The position numbers and the translations under genes were made by a program. The notes beneath the pieces were generated by a model, which was not told the DNA's origin, searched no databases, and was given only the letters and a program-made list of their open reading frames with translations. 64,000 nucleotides of DNA from Bacteroidaceae bacterium (GTDB lineage Bacteria; Bacteroidota; Bacteroidia; Bacteroidales; Bacteroidaceae): assembly GCA_024400995.1 (NCBI GenBank), contig JAKSLU010000002.1:7677-71676 (forward strand), in the 5' to 3' direction. Of the stretch, positions 17,973 through 26,796 are shown in pieces; position 1 is the first letter of the stretch; every line of letters begins with the position of its first letter.

Positions 17973-20231
17973 ATGAAGAAAACACTCTTTCTCCTCTCCC
18001 TGATGCTGTGCGCCAGTCTTGCGCCCATCATGGCCGACGTGGCCTACAACCTCACCCCCTACCCCAAGACCCTCACCAACCGCACCACCTTCTGCCAGCT
18101 GCCCCGTCAGCTCGTTGTGGGCGTAGATGCCGAGCTGGGCGATAGCACCATGAAGGACGCACAGGCCTTTGTCGATGCCCTCAACGCTACCATGACCGGC
18201 ACCACTGCCACGCTGCAGCACACCACCGAGGGCGCCTTTGTGCAGATTAGCCGCGGTGGCACCAACACTACCGTAGGCAACGAGGGCTACAAGCTCACCA
18301 TCAACTCCGAGGCCATCACGCTCCAGGCGCTGGGCGAAAAGGGCTTTGCCTACGGCCTGCTCAGTATCAAGAAGATGCTCCCCCCTCACGTCTGCGCTGG
18401 CCAGAAGGCCGCCGAGGCCCAGGACTACTCCCTGCGCTGCGTGACCATCACCGACAATCCCCGTTGGCAGTATCGTGGCTTCATGCTCGACTGCTCACGC
18501 CATTTCTTCGACGTCAAGGAGATCAAGCGTATGCTCGATGTCATGGCGCTCTACAAGATGAACGCCTTCCACTGGCATCTGACCGACGACCAGGGCTGGC
18601 GCGCCGAAATCAAGAAGTACCCCAAGCTCACCACCATCGGTGCCACCGCTCCCGATAGCCGCATCACCGACTTTGAGAACGGCACCTACTGGCTCGGCCA
18701 TGAGTACGGCCCCTACTTCTACACCCAGGAGGAGATGAAGGACGTCGTGGCCTATGCCGCTGAGCGTGGCATCGAGGTCATCCCCGAGATAGAGATGCTC
18801 GGCCATAGCGTAGCCGCCCTGTGTGCCTATCCCGAGTTCAGCTGCAACCCCTCCGCCAAGCGCACCGTCTGGACCAATGGCGGCATCAGCTCCGACGTGG
18901 TCAATGTGGCTGACCCCAAGGCCGTACAGTTCTACAAGGACATCGTCGATGAACTCTGCGAGGTGTTCCCCGGCCGCTACTTCCACATTGGTGGTGACGA
19001 GTGCCCCACCAGTGCCTGGGAGAACAACAAGATGTGCCAGGACTTCCTCAAGGAGAAGGGCTACACCAACTATCGCCAGATTCAGTCCTGGTTCACCAAC
19101 GTGATCAGCGGCTACATCAAGGAGAAGGGCAAGCGCACCATCGTCTGGAACGAGAGCATCACCGCCGGTGGCTCCGACCTCGACCTGGTCAAGGAGCACA
19201 ACCCCATCATCATGTGCTGGTACCCCGCCCAGGGTGGTGCACAGAAGGCCGCCAGCATCGGCCTCGACGCCATCATCACGGAGTATCACTCCGGTGTGGC
19301 TGGTGCAGCTAGCGGTGCCGGTGGCTACTATATCAACCGCAAGCTCTCCAACCACCCCTCTGAGCCCGACGGCGCAGGTGGTGGCGACGACACCGTGGAG
19401 GGCTGCTACAAGTATGTGCCCCAGCCCAACGCCACCAGCACCCCCACCGTCATCGGTGTGCAGGGCACCTTCTGGTGCGAGTGGGTCGGCGTGCCCGAGT
19501 ATCTGGAGTATCTCGCCCTGCCCCGCCTCATGGCCGTGGCCGAGGCTGGCTGGACTCCTGAGAACAAGAAGAACTGGAGCAGCTTTGTCGATCGCATGGT
19601 CATCGACACCCAGATCCTCGATGCCTGGAACATCAACTACTCCCGCCACTGGATGCCCGGCTACGTAGCTCCCAAGGTAGAGACCACCGAGATCATTGCC
19701 GATGGCGTGACGGAGTACTCCTTCAACAACCAGTCCAAGGACCGCCCCATCGCTCTGGCCGACGACAACGGCACCCTCAACGGTCAGGCCTCTGCCACCA
19801 CCAACTTTGTCCTGGAGCCCGCCACCAAGGCCGACCAGTACTACATCAAGAGCTGCGTGAGCGGCAAGTACCTCTACGCCTCCGCCTCCACCAGCGGCAC
19901 CATGGTTACCCTCGACACCAAGAAGACGGCCTGGGCCTTTGACTGGGAGACCATGCCCAAGTATGTAGCCATCTGCCATGGCGCCAACACGGAGGTGGCA
20001 CTGAACAACAACGTCAACAACGCCACCCACATCCGCCTCTTTGCTCACGGCACTGGCAATGGTGCCTCCTTCTACTCCATGAAGCTCGAAAAGCGCGGCG
20101 AGACTGAGGGAGTGGTTAACGTTGACGTTAACGATAACGATAACGATAACTGCTACGACCTGCAGGGTCGCATCGTCCCCGCCGCCACCCGTGGTCTCTA
20201 CATCCAGCAGGGCCGCAAGGTGATCAAGTAA
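17973..20231 (+). CDS. GH20 beta-N-acetylhexosaminidase with C-terminal accessory domain and Prevotella-type (T9SS-like) tail
   Basis: Same GH20 motifs (HIGGDE); ends in VNVDVNDNDNDN-CYDLQGR..GLYIQQGRKVIK. Confidence 0.92.
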   Translation: MKKTLFLLSLMLCASLAPIMADVAYNLTPYPKTLTNRTTFCQLPRQLVVGVDAELGDSTMKDAQAFVDALNATMTGTTATLQHTTEGAFVQISRGGTNTTVGNEGYKLTINSEAITLQALGEKGFAYGLLSIKKMLPPHVCAGQKAAEAQDYSLRCVTITDNPRWQYRGFMLDCSRHFFDVKEIKRMLDVMALYKMNAFHWHLTDDQGWRAEIKKYPKLTTIGATAPDSRITDFENGTYWLGHEYGPYFYTQEEMKDVVAYAAERGIEVIPEIEMLGHSVAALCAYPEFSCNPSAKRTVWTNGGISSDVVNVADPKAVQFYKDIVDELCEVFPGRYFHIGGDECPTSAWENNKMCQDFLKEKGYTNYRQIQSWFTNVISGYIKEKGKRTIVWNESITAGGSDLDLVKEHNPIIMCWYPAQGGAQKAASIGLDAIITEYHSGVAGAASGAGGYYINRKLSNHPSEPDGAGGGDDTVEGCYKYVPQPNATSTPTVIGVQGTFWCEWVGVPEYLEYLALPRLMAVAEAGWTPENKKNWSSFVDRMVIDTQILDAWNINYSRHWMPGYVAPKVETTEIIADGVTEYSFNNQSKDRPIALADDNGTLNGQASATTNFVLEPATKADQYYIKSCVSGKYLYASASTSGTMVTLDTKKTAWAFDWETMPKYVAICHGANTEVALNNNVNNATHIRLFAHGTGNGASFYSMKLEKRGETEGVVNVDVNDNDNDNCYDLQGRIVPAATRGLYIQQGRKVIK

Positions 20232-20273
20232 CCAAGAGATAGCCTCCCCTACTGGAGGCCCCCACACCACAGA

Positions 20274-20325
20274 CAAGGACTGCAATCCCCCCCCCGACAG
20301 GAGGGTTGCAGTCCTTGATGTTTTT
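20274..20325 (+). terminator. Intrinsic terminator of the GH20 operon
   Basis: CAAGGACTGCAA...TTGCAGTCCTTG stem followed by ATGTTTTT. Confidence 0.75.
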
Positions 20326-20480
20326 CTGGATTTTCTTCGTCCGCCCCCCCGTATTAGTCGGCAACTAATTTTCCCTAGTCGCCGACTAGTGTTTCGTAGT
20401 CCTAGGACTAGTTCTCCTTACCCTATAGACTAGTTCTCCCTATCCTATAGACTAGTTTTTCCTAGTGTATAGACTACTAG
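20315..20480. repeat. 21/22-bp-period palindromic minisatellite, copy B, with C7 boundary
   Basis: Cores at 20355, 20376, 20397, 20419, 20441 and 20463; collinear with the reverse complement of 62410-62636. Confidence 0.9.
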
Positions 20481-20538
20481 CGGGAGGAAAATCTGCGCTT
20501 TTTTGCGTATCTGTGTGGCGTATATCGCCAAAAAATCG

Positions 20539-20546
20539 TAACTTTG
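20539..20546 (+). promoter_or_regulatory. -7 promoter of the sigma54-regulator operon
   Basis: TAACTTTG 11 nt before the ATG. Confidence 0.7.
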
Positions 20547-20557
20547 CAGCCTAAACT

Positions 20558-21724
20558 ATGTACGAGCATCTCAAATCTCTCAAAGCCAAGTACAGCATCG
20601 TGGGCAACTGCGATGAGCTGAATCGTGCGCTGGACACCGCCCTCAAGGTGGCGCCCGTCGATCTGAGTGTGCTTGTTGTGGGCGAGAACGGCACGGGTAA
20701 GGAGGTTTTTCCGCGCATTATACACGAGGCCTCCCGCCGCAAGGCTAAGCGCTATATGGCTGTGAACTGCGGTGCAATACCCGAGGGTACGATAGACTCA
20801 GAGCTCTTCGGCCATGTCAAGGGTGCCTACACGGGTGCCGTGGATCATGGCGAGGGCTATTTTGGCGCTGCCAATGGCGGTACGCTCTTTCTCGATGAGG
20901 TGGGCGAGCTACCCCTCTCCACTCAGGCCCGCCTGTTGCGTGTGCTCGAGACGGGAGAGTACATCCCCGTGGGTAGCAGCGAGGCCAAGCGTACGGATGT
21001 GCGTATCGTGGCAGCGACCAATGTCAACCTGCCTGAGGCTATACGCCGAGGACGCTTTCGTCAGGACCTGTACTACCGACTCAATGCCGTGTCCATACAG
21101 GTTCCGCCTCTCCGCGAGCGTGGCCGCGATGTAGAGTTGCTCTTCCGCATGTTTTCGCTACAGATGCAGGATAAGTACGGTATGCAGCCTGTTCGCCTCA
21201 CGCCCGAGGCCACGCAGATGCTCTGCGCCTACCCCTGGCCTGGCAACGTGCGCCAGCTCCTCCATGCGGTGGAGAACATGAGCATTACCTGCACCGAACG
21301 CACGATCACACCAGAACTGCTCAAGCCCTATCTGCCGGAGGAACATCTGGCGGGTCATGTGGCTGTGGCAGGCGAGCGTCAGGATGGTGAGTACTCCTAT
21401 CAGAAGGAGAGGGAACTCATCTTCCACATGCTCCTCACCCTGCGCAAGGAGGTGGAGGAACTGCGCGCTGCCGTAGGGCAGGGTGGACATGATCACACGT
21501 CCACGCCCGTACTCTCCAACCTGCTTCCCAGCCTAGGCTCTGCAACAACGGACGATATAGTAGAACTGACCACCGACGATGCTGCCACCGTGACGGATGC
21601 GGAACGCGAACTCATACGCCGCGCTCTGGAGCGCAACGGCGGCAAGCGATCGGCGGCGGCTCGCGATATTGGCCTGTCGGAGCGTACGCTCTACCGCAAG
21701 ATAAAGGAATATGGACTGGAATAA
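20558..21724 (+). CDS. Sigma-54-interacting AAA+ Fis-family regulator without a receiver domain
   Basis: GENGTGKE, SELFGHVKGAYTGA, LFLDEVGE, DLYYRLN, WPGNVRQL and a C-terminal HTH. Confidence 0.92.
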   Translation: MYEHLKSLKAKYSIVGNCDELNRALDTALKVAPVDLSVLVVGENGTGKEVFPRIIHEASRRKAKRYMAVNCGAIPEGTIDSELFGHVKGAYTGAVDHGEGYFGAANGGTLFLDEVGELPLSTQARLLRVLETGEYIPVGSSEAKRTDVRIVAATNVNLPEAIRRGRFRQDLYYRLNAVSIQVPPLRERGRDVELLFRMFSLQMQDKYGMQPVRLTPEATQMLCAYPWPGNVRQLLHAVENMSITCTERTITPELLKPYLPEEHLAGHVAVAGERQDGEYSYQKERELIFHMLLTLRKEVEELRAAVGQGGHDHTSTPVLSNLLPSLGSATTDDIVELTTDDAATVTDAERELIRRALERNGGKRSAAARDIGLSERTLYRKIKEYGLE

Positions 21725-21736
21725 CACCCACCCTAG

Positions 21737-22255
21737 ATGAAACGTCACCTCCTACTCCTCTTTCCGGTCCTTGTGCTGACTCTATGCCTGATGCTGGCGG
21801 CCTGTGCTGTGAGCTACAAGTTTACGGGCACCAACATCGACTATGCCGTCATCAAGACGATGCAACTCGACAAGATAGCCAATCGCGCGCCCTACGGCTG
21901 GGCACCGATGGAGGCGATGTTCAACAACAAACTCCAGGACCTCTATGCCAATCGCACACGTCTGCAGATGGTCAGACGCAATGGCGATCTCCACGTGAGC
22001 GGCGAGATTACGGGCTACGATCAGTTCAACAAGGCCATCGCAGCAGACGGCTACTCCTCGCAGGTGCAACTCAAGATGACGGTGAATATCCGCTTTGAGA
22101 ACCGCAAGGACAATAAGCAGTGGGAACGTCAGTTCTCCGCCACTACGCAGTACGATGCCACGCAGAGCCTCTCCTCAGTGCAGGAATCGCTGGTGCAGGA
22201 ACTAGTTAACGACATAACGGATCAGATATTCAACGCTACTGTGGCGGACTGGTAA
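21737..22255 (+). CDS. lptE: LptE-family lipoprotein
   Basis: Lipobox LAAC, SYKFTG and C-terminal DQIFNATVADW; usual Bacteroidales position after the sigma54 regulator. Confidence 0.75.
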   Translation: MKRHLLLLFPVLVLTLCLMLAACAVSYKFTGTNIDYAVIKTMQLDKIANRAPYGWAPMEAMFNNKLQDLYANRTRLQMVRRNGDLHVSGEITGYDQFNKAIAADGYSSQVQLKMTVNIRFENRKDNKQWERQFSATTQYDATQSLSSVQESLVQELVNDITDQIFNATVADW

Positions 22256-22277
22256 CCAAATACAAACATAGACAACC

Positions 22278-23045
22278 GTGCAGATAACTGAACTCATAGG
22301 ACACCCCGAACTCCTCAACCGCGACACGCTCTACGAGCTGCGCCGCGTGGTGGGGCAGTGTCCCTACTATCAGGCTGCTAGACTGCAGCTGATAGAGAAT
22401 CTTTTCCTGCTGCACGACCCAGACTTCAAGGAGGAGCTGCAGACGGCCGCGCTCTATGTGCCAGATCGTAGCGTGCTCTTCCAGCTCGTAGAGAGTCTCA
22501 ACTATGACCTCGATGCTCCTGCGCCCTCTGCTGGTGAACGAGAGGATCGGCTTGCCACCACTGGCGACCGCACGATGGATCTGATTGGTCAGTTCCTGAG
22601 TGGATCCTCTCAGTCTTCCCTCTCGGTTAGTCGCCCAGGTCGTCCTCTCGACCCCGTAAACGACTATATGTCGGTACTGGCGGAGATGGACGATGCTGAG
22701 CATGATACGACACTTGGGGGCGAGGTTGATCTGCTCGACAGCTTCCTCAATCGCAAGCCAGAGGAACGCAAGCCTCATCTGCCAGTTATCTCCCCTCAGG
22801 CCACCGACTCCCCTGCCGTTTCGGCCACCGAAGGTGCAACGGAGGAGGAGAGCGAAAATGCGCTACGTGAGGAGTATTTCACCGAGACTTTGGCAAAAGT
22901 ATTTGTCAAACAAGGCAATTTTGAGCGAGCTTTGGAGATTCTTACGAAAATAAATTTGGAGAATCCAAGAAAAAATGCTTACTTTGCAGACCAAATACGC
23001 TTCTTGCAGAAACTGGTGAGCATAAAACAGCAACAAGGAAGGTAA
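22278..23045 (+). CDS. Conserved TPR-like hypothetical protein
   Basis: PYYQAARL and YFTETLAKVFVKQG..NPRKNAYFADQIRFL; GTG start. Confidence 0.8.
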   Translation: MQITELIGHPELLNRDTLYELRRVVGQCPYYQAARLQLIENLFLLHDPDFKEELQTAALYVPDRSVLFQLVESLNYDLDAPAPSAGEREDRLATTGDRTMDLIGQFLSGSSQSSLSVSRPGRPLDPVNDYMSVLAEMDDAEHDTTLGGEVDLLDSFLNRKPEERKPHLPVISPQATDSPAVSATEGATEEESENALREEYFTETLAKVFVKQGNFERALEILTKINLENPRKNAYFADQIRFLQKLVSIKQQQGR

Positions 23046-23130
23046 ATCTCCTTGACCTCCATGCTCTCAAAAACTTAAGAAAACAAGCCCTCAAAGACTA
23101 ATAACCTCAAAAACTTAAAAACTCAACAAT

Positions 23131-23454
23131 ATGTATCAGTTATTCGTAATTCTGGCAGTTGTTACTGCCGTCCTGCTGACCTTTATAGTGCTCATCCAGG
23201 AATCCAAGGGTGGCGGTCTCGCCTCCGACTTTAGCGGAATGAATGCCCTCGCAGGCGTCCGCAAGACTACCGACATCGTAGAGAAGCTGACTTGGGGTCT
23301 GGCTGTAGCTCTCGTTGTGTTTGCTGTAGCAACCACCTTCTGCACTGTCCCCTCCGAGCATCAGGATAGCAGCACCATTGTGACCAGCATGAAGGCCACC
23401 GCTCCTGCTACTCCCAATGTTCCCGGCCAGCAGGCTCCCGCCGCTCAGGACTAA
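23131..23454 (+). CDS. secG: Preprotein translocase subunit SecG
   Basis: VLIQESKGGGLAS and GVRKTTDIVEKLTW; two TM helices. Confidence 0.93.
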   Translation: MYQLFVILAVVTAVLLTFIVLIQESKGGGLASDFSGMNALAGVRKTTDIVEKLTWGLAVALVVFAVATTFCTVPSEHQDSSTIVTSMKATAPATPNVPGQQAPAAQD

Positions 23455-23481
23455 GGGTACGCTCCTGAGAGTTTAAAAGCA

Positions 23482-23540
23482 AAAAATAAGAGGGTGTGTC
23501 AAAAGTCTCAATACAGACTTTCGGCACACCCTCTTCTTTT
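23482..23540. terminator. Bidirectional terminator
   Basis: AAGAGGGTGTG...CACACCCTCTT stem with A-run and T-run flanks. Confidence 0.75.
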
Positions 23541-23877
23541 AGTCCTCATCAAAGATAGAGCGGCGCTGTACTGAACTATCTTCTTCTTCCTCCTCCTCCT
23601 CTTCCTCTTCACCTCGGGGATTGGTAATTGTGAAGATGTTGAGAAGCCCCTGCCAGATGCCTCGGCAGAGAGCCTTGATGGCACGCACAAGGAGACGAGC
23701 GCAGACCTGCAGGAACTGCCAGAGTGCTGCAAGACAGATACCTGTCCAGACGGTCAGTTGATAGATGCCCTTCCAGAGGTATATGGAGCATACTTTGATG
23801 CCGTGGCCTGCCATAATGACATAGGGGCGAACGTCACTCCACTCTATGAGATAGATGGGTACATATATTTTGCGCAT
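23539..23877 (-). CDS. Small hypothetical protein with an amphipathic region and acidic tail
   Basis: 112 aa from ATG 23877; fills the gap between cls and the terminator; poly-Glu C-terminus. Confidence 0.55.
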   Translation of the reverse strand: MRKIYVPIYLIEWSDVRPYVIMAGHGIKVCSIYLWKGIYQLTVWTGICLAALWQFLQVCARLLVRAIKALCRGIWQGLLNIFTITNPRGEEEEEEEEEEDSSVQRRSIFDED

Positions 23878-23923
23878 GGCTATGGTGTATTGGGAGGGTG
23901 AGTGTTTGTGTCGGGGAAGAGCT

Positions 23924-25198
23924 TTATACGAGGGGCCGGAGAATGGTGGCAAGTCGGCAACGCAGACGATGACCTGGACTGAAGTGGGTCTTCCATACTG
24001 AGGGAGTGAGCTGGAGGCTGTGCTCCTTGTCGCTCTCAAAGATGTGGCGCAGACGCTCGTTTGTGCTGCGGTCATGAATCATAAGGTTGCACTCATAGTC
24101 GGAGTAAAGGCTGCGGTGGTCGAGGTTTACGCTACCGACAAAGGAGAGGCTGTCGTCCACCGTCATTATTTTGCTGTGGTGGAAGCCCTCCTCGTACATA
24201 TAGACTTTGGCTCCGTGGCGCATAAGGCCGTGGCAGGTATTCTCCACGATGCGGGGTGTTATGCGCACATCGCTCTTTGTGCTGATCATGATTTCAACCT
24301 CGACGCCTCTCTTGATTGCGCGCTTCAGGGCCTGGCGTATCATGCGCGAGGGGGCGAAGTAAGGATTGACAATCTGTATGTTGTGCTGAGCGTTGTCTAT
24401 AGCTGAGCGTAGGGCATCGCGGGCTATGCGAGTGTTGTGACGAGGCCAATCTACGGCATTGCTAGGTGTACGGTTAACTACACCTACTCGCGCAGTAGCT
24501 GGTACGTGCAGCTCTTGCCTGTCATATTCGGACGTGTCTGTCTCGTAGTAGTGGGCACCGTGGATATCCTGACCAGTTGTCTTGTTCCAGAAAGGGATGA
24601 ACACGCGCTGCAGGTCTGCCACTGCGGGGCCTGTGAGGCGGAGGTGCATGTCGCGCCAGTTGGTGATGTCGCCCTTGCCGTGTATGTAGTAGTCGGCGAT
24701 GTTCATACCGCCAATGTAGCCTACCTTAGCATCGATGATCACTATCTTGCGGTGGTCGCGGTGGAAGATGTGGTTGAAGCATGGAAATACAATACGATCA
24801 AATATGTGGACATCTACTCCTGCGCGGCGGAGTCGATTGATTTGCGGTAGGTGTAGGGAACGGGAACTCTTGCCATTGCCGTAGGCATCAATCACGACAC
24901 GTACTTCTACGCCAGCAGCGGCCCGCTCGCGTAGTATGTTGAAAATGACGCGGGAGATGGAGTCGTAGCGAAAGTTGAAGTAGTCCATGTGTATGAACTC
25001 CTTGGCCTGCTTGAGGTCACGCTCCAGTGCGGCAAACTTTTCACGTCCAGAGGGTAGTAACGCAATGCTATTACCTTCGCTGAAACGCACGTCATAGTTC
25101 TCCTCTAGAAAACTTTCCACGGGACTACGCGTCTCCTGTGCTACACAAAGGAGAGCGCTGAGAAAGTGGAGTAGTAGGAGGAATGATAGAGGGCGCAT
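23924..25198 (-). CDS. cls: Cardiolipin synthase / phospholipase D family
   Basis: Two HKD motifs (HRKIVIID, HSKIMTVD), GGMNI and WRDMH; start uncertain (25198-25228); -7 element at 25233-25240. Confidence 0.88.
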   Translation of the reverse strand: MRPLSFLLLLHFLSALLCVAQETRSPVESFLEENYDVRFSEGNSIALLPSGREKFAALERDLKQAKEFIHMDYFNFRYDSISRVIFNILRERAAAGVEVRVVIDAYGNGKSSRSLHLPQINRLRRAGVDVHIFDRIVFPCFNHIFHRDHRKIVIIDAKVGYIGGMNIADYYIHGKGDITNWRDMHLRLTGPAVADLQRVFIPFWNKTTGQDIHGAHYYETDTSEYDRQELHVPATARVGVVNRTPSNAVDWPRHNTRIARDALRSAIDNAQHNIQIVNPYFAPSRMIRQALKRAIKRGVEVEIMISTKSDVRITPRIVENTCHGLMRHGAKVYMYEEGFHHSKIMTVDDSLSFVGSVNLDHRSLYSDYECNLMIHDRSTNERLRHIFESDKEHSLQLTPSVWKTHFSPGHRLRCRLATILRPLV

Positions 25199-25275
25199 TA
25201 GCCTATGGTTAAGTATTGTCATTATCAAGGCGCAAAGTTACGCATAATTTACTAAACGCCCAAACCTGAGTACAT

Positions 25276-25312
25276 AAAAAAGCCGCCCAAGCCCGATTTG
25301 GCTTGAGCGGCA
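25276..25312 (-). terminator. ompA terminator
   Basis: GCCGC-C-CAAGCC...GGCTTG-A-GCGGC stem with an A6 run (T6 on the minus strand). Confidence 0.75.
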
Positions 25313-25327
25313 GTATATTTGTGTAAC

Positions 25328-25375
25328 TGTAGATGCTTATTCAGCTATCTTTGCAGATGCTTACTCAGCAATCTT
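25328..25375 (-). repeat. 24-bp tandem duplication of the ompA 3' end
   Basis: 21 of 24 bases identical; both copies read K-I-A-E-stop. Confidence 0.8.
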
Positions 25376-26542
25376 AACGGTAGCACGACGATTGTAGCTG
25401 TAGGGGCTGAGACTGTCAACACCACCTGCAGCAACTACCTCGATATTGTCGCGCTTTACACCCATCTTAACGAGCTCGTTAGCTACAGTGTTGGCACGAC
25501 GCTCGGAGAGTGCCTGGTTGTAGGTGGCAGAACCAGTCTTGCTATCTGCATAGCCAGTAACTACAATCTTGCTACCGTTAGCAGTAGCGTATTCGGCTAT
25601 CTCCTTCACATTAACGAGATCCTTGCGGCTGGCGATGGTACTCTTATTAATATTGAAGAATACGCTAGCGTTGGTGCTGGCCATCTCCTTAACAGTCTGA
25701 ACAACGGTCTCTACTTCCTTAGCAGGCTTCTGAGCGAGGAGCTCACGGAGACGTGCATTCTCGTCCTGCAGCTCCTTGAGGGCAGCATTGAGAGCGTCGA
25801 GCTGCTCCTGATTCATGGCCATGAGGGCATCAACATCAGGAGCCTTCTCCCAAGTGCATTTGCCAAGGTTGTAGGTTACACCTACGGTAGCACCTACAAG
25901 CTTGTCCCAGTGGCGGCTGTAGCCCTTCTGGTAGTCAGCATAGTTGTGAGCTACACCCTCCTGATTGGTGAATACACTACCCTGAGCCCAAGTGCCCCAG
26001 ATATCGAGGAATACGTTCCAGTGCTTAGCTACGCGGAAGGTGTTAATCATACCTACGTTCAGGCTAACCTCACCGCCGTGATGGTTCTCAGAGAGATTGC
26101 GCATATATCCGATACCTGGATAAACGCTGAGATTCCAGACGCGATTTTCCTGATAACCACCAAAGATGTTGGTCAGGTTGAACATTACGTCCTCGTGTAC
26201 ATTGAAGTATTTCTTGGAGGGACGACTAGCCTCGTTGAATACGTCCTTAGCCCAAATGCCCTGGAACTTGGTGCGGAGACCGATGCCGGGGGTAAACCAC
26301 TTACCTACAGCTACGTCAAAGCCGAGGTCACCATGTATGCCAGAAAAGGGGTTGCCATTCAAACCACTTACCTGCTGGCTAGTGTAACTAGCATTACCAG
26401 CAAAGCCAGCCTGCAGATACCAGTTAGCCCAGAAGGAGTTTGTAACGACGTGATACTTGCGGGTGGGCACTTCAGTCATGTTCTGTGCAAATGCAGTCAT
26501 AGACATAGCTATGAGTGCAAGGCTCATCATAAACTTTTTCAT
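25361..26542 (-). CDS. OmpA-family outer membrane protein
   Basis: VGKWFTPGIGLR barrel; C-terminal VFFNINKS, GYAD..TGS..YNQALSERRA and NRR; highly biased codons; -7 element at 26633-26640. Confidence 0.92.
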   Translation of the reverse strand: MKKFMMSLALIAMSMTAFAQNMTEVPTRKYHVVTNSFWANWYLQAGFAGNASYTSQQVSGLNGNPFSGIHGDLGFDVAVGKWFTPGIGLRTKFQGIWAKDVFNEASRPSKKYFNVHEDVMFNLTNIFGGYQENRVWNLSVYPGIGYMRNLSENHHGGEVSLNVGMINTFRVAKHWNVFLDIWGTWAQGSVFTNQEGVAHNYADYQKGYSRHWDKLVGATVGVTYNLGKCTWEKAPDVDALMAMNQEQLDALNAALKELQDENARLRELLAQKPAKEVETVVQTVKEMASTNASVFFNINKSTIASRKDLVNVKEIAEYATANGSKIVVTGYADSKTGSATYNQALSERRANTVANELVKMGVKRDNIEVVAAGGVDSLSPYSYNRRATVKIAE

Positions 26543-26796
26543 ACTGTTGTGAATTAATATTGGTGTTATAGTGTTTATTGTTCTACGCTTGGTTTCTGCT
26601 AGACTAGGAACCGCTTAAGGTTTAACACGCCGCAAAGTTAATCATTTCTTTGGTAAGATGCGCACAAAAAACATAAAAAAAGTTTATTTCTCAAGAAAAA
26701 GGCAGGTCATGACGTGTTTTAGGGCGTAGGGTTTCTAAATCCGAAATGCACGTGATGTATAGCAGGAAAAGCCGCGAACTATAGGTTAGGAGCACT

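Noticed and set aside
18495..20285. 596-aa antisense ORF, and similar ones at 11335, 25319, 31856, 36337 and 46132
   Set aside because: They mirror real genes with strong codon bias, which removes antisense stops; no recognisable motifs.
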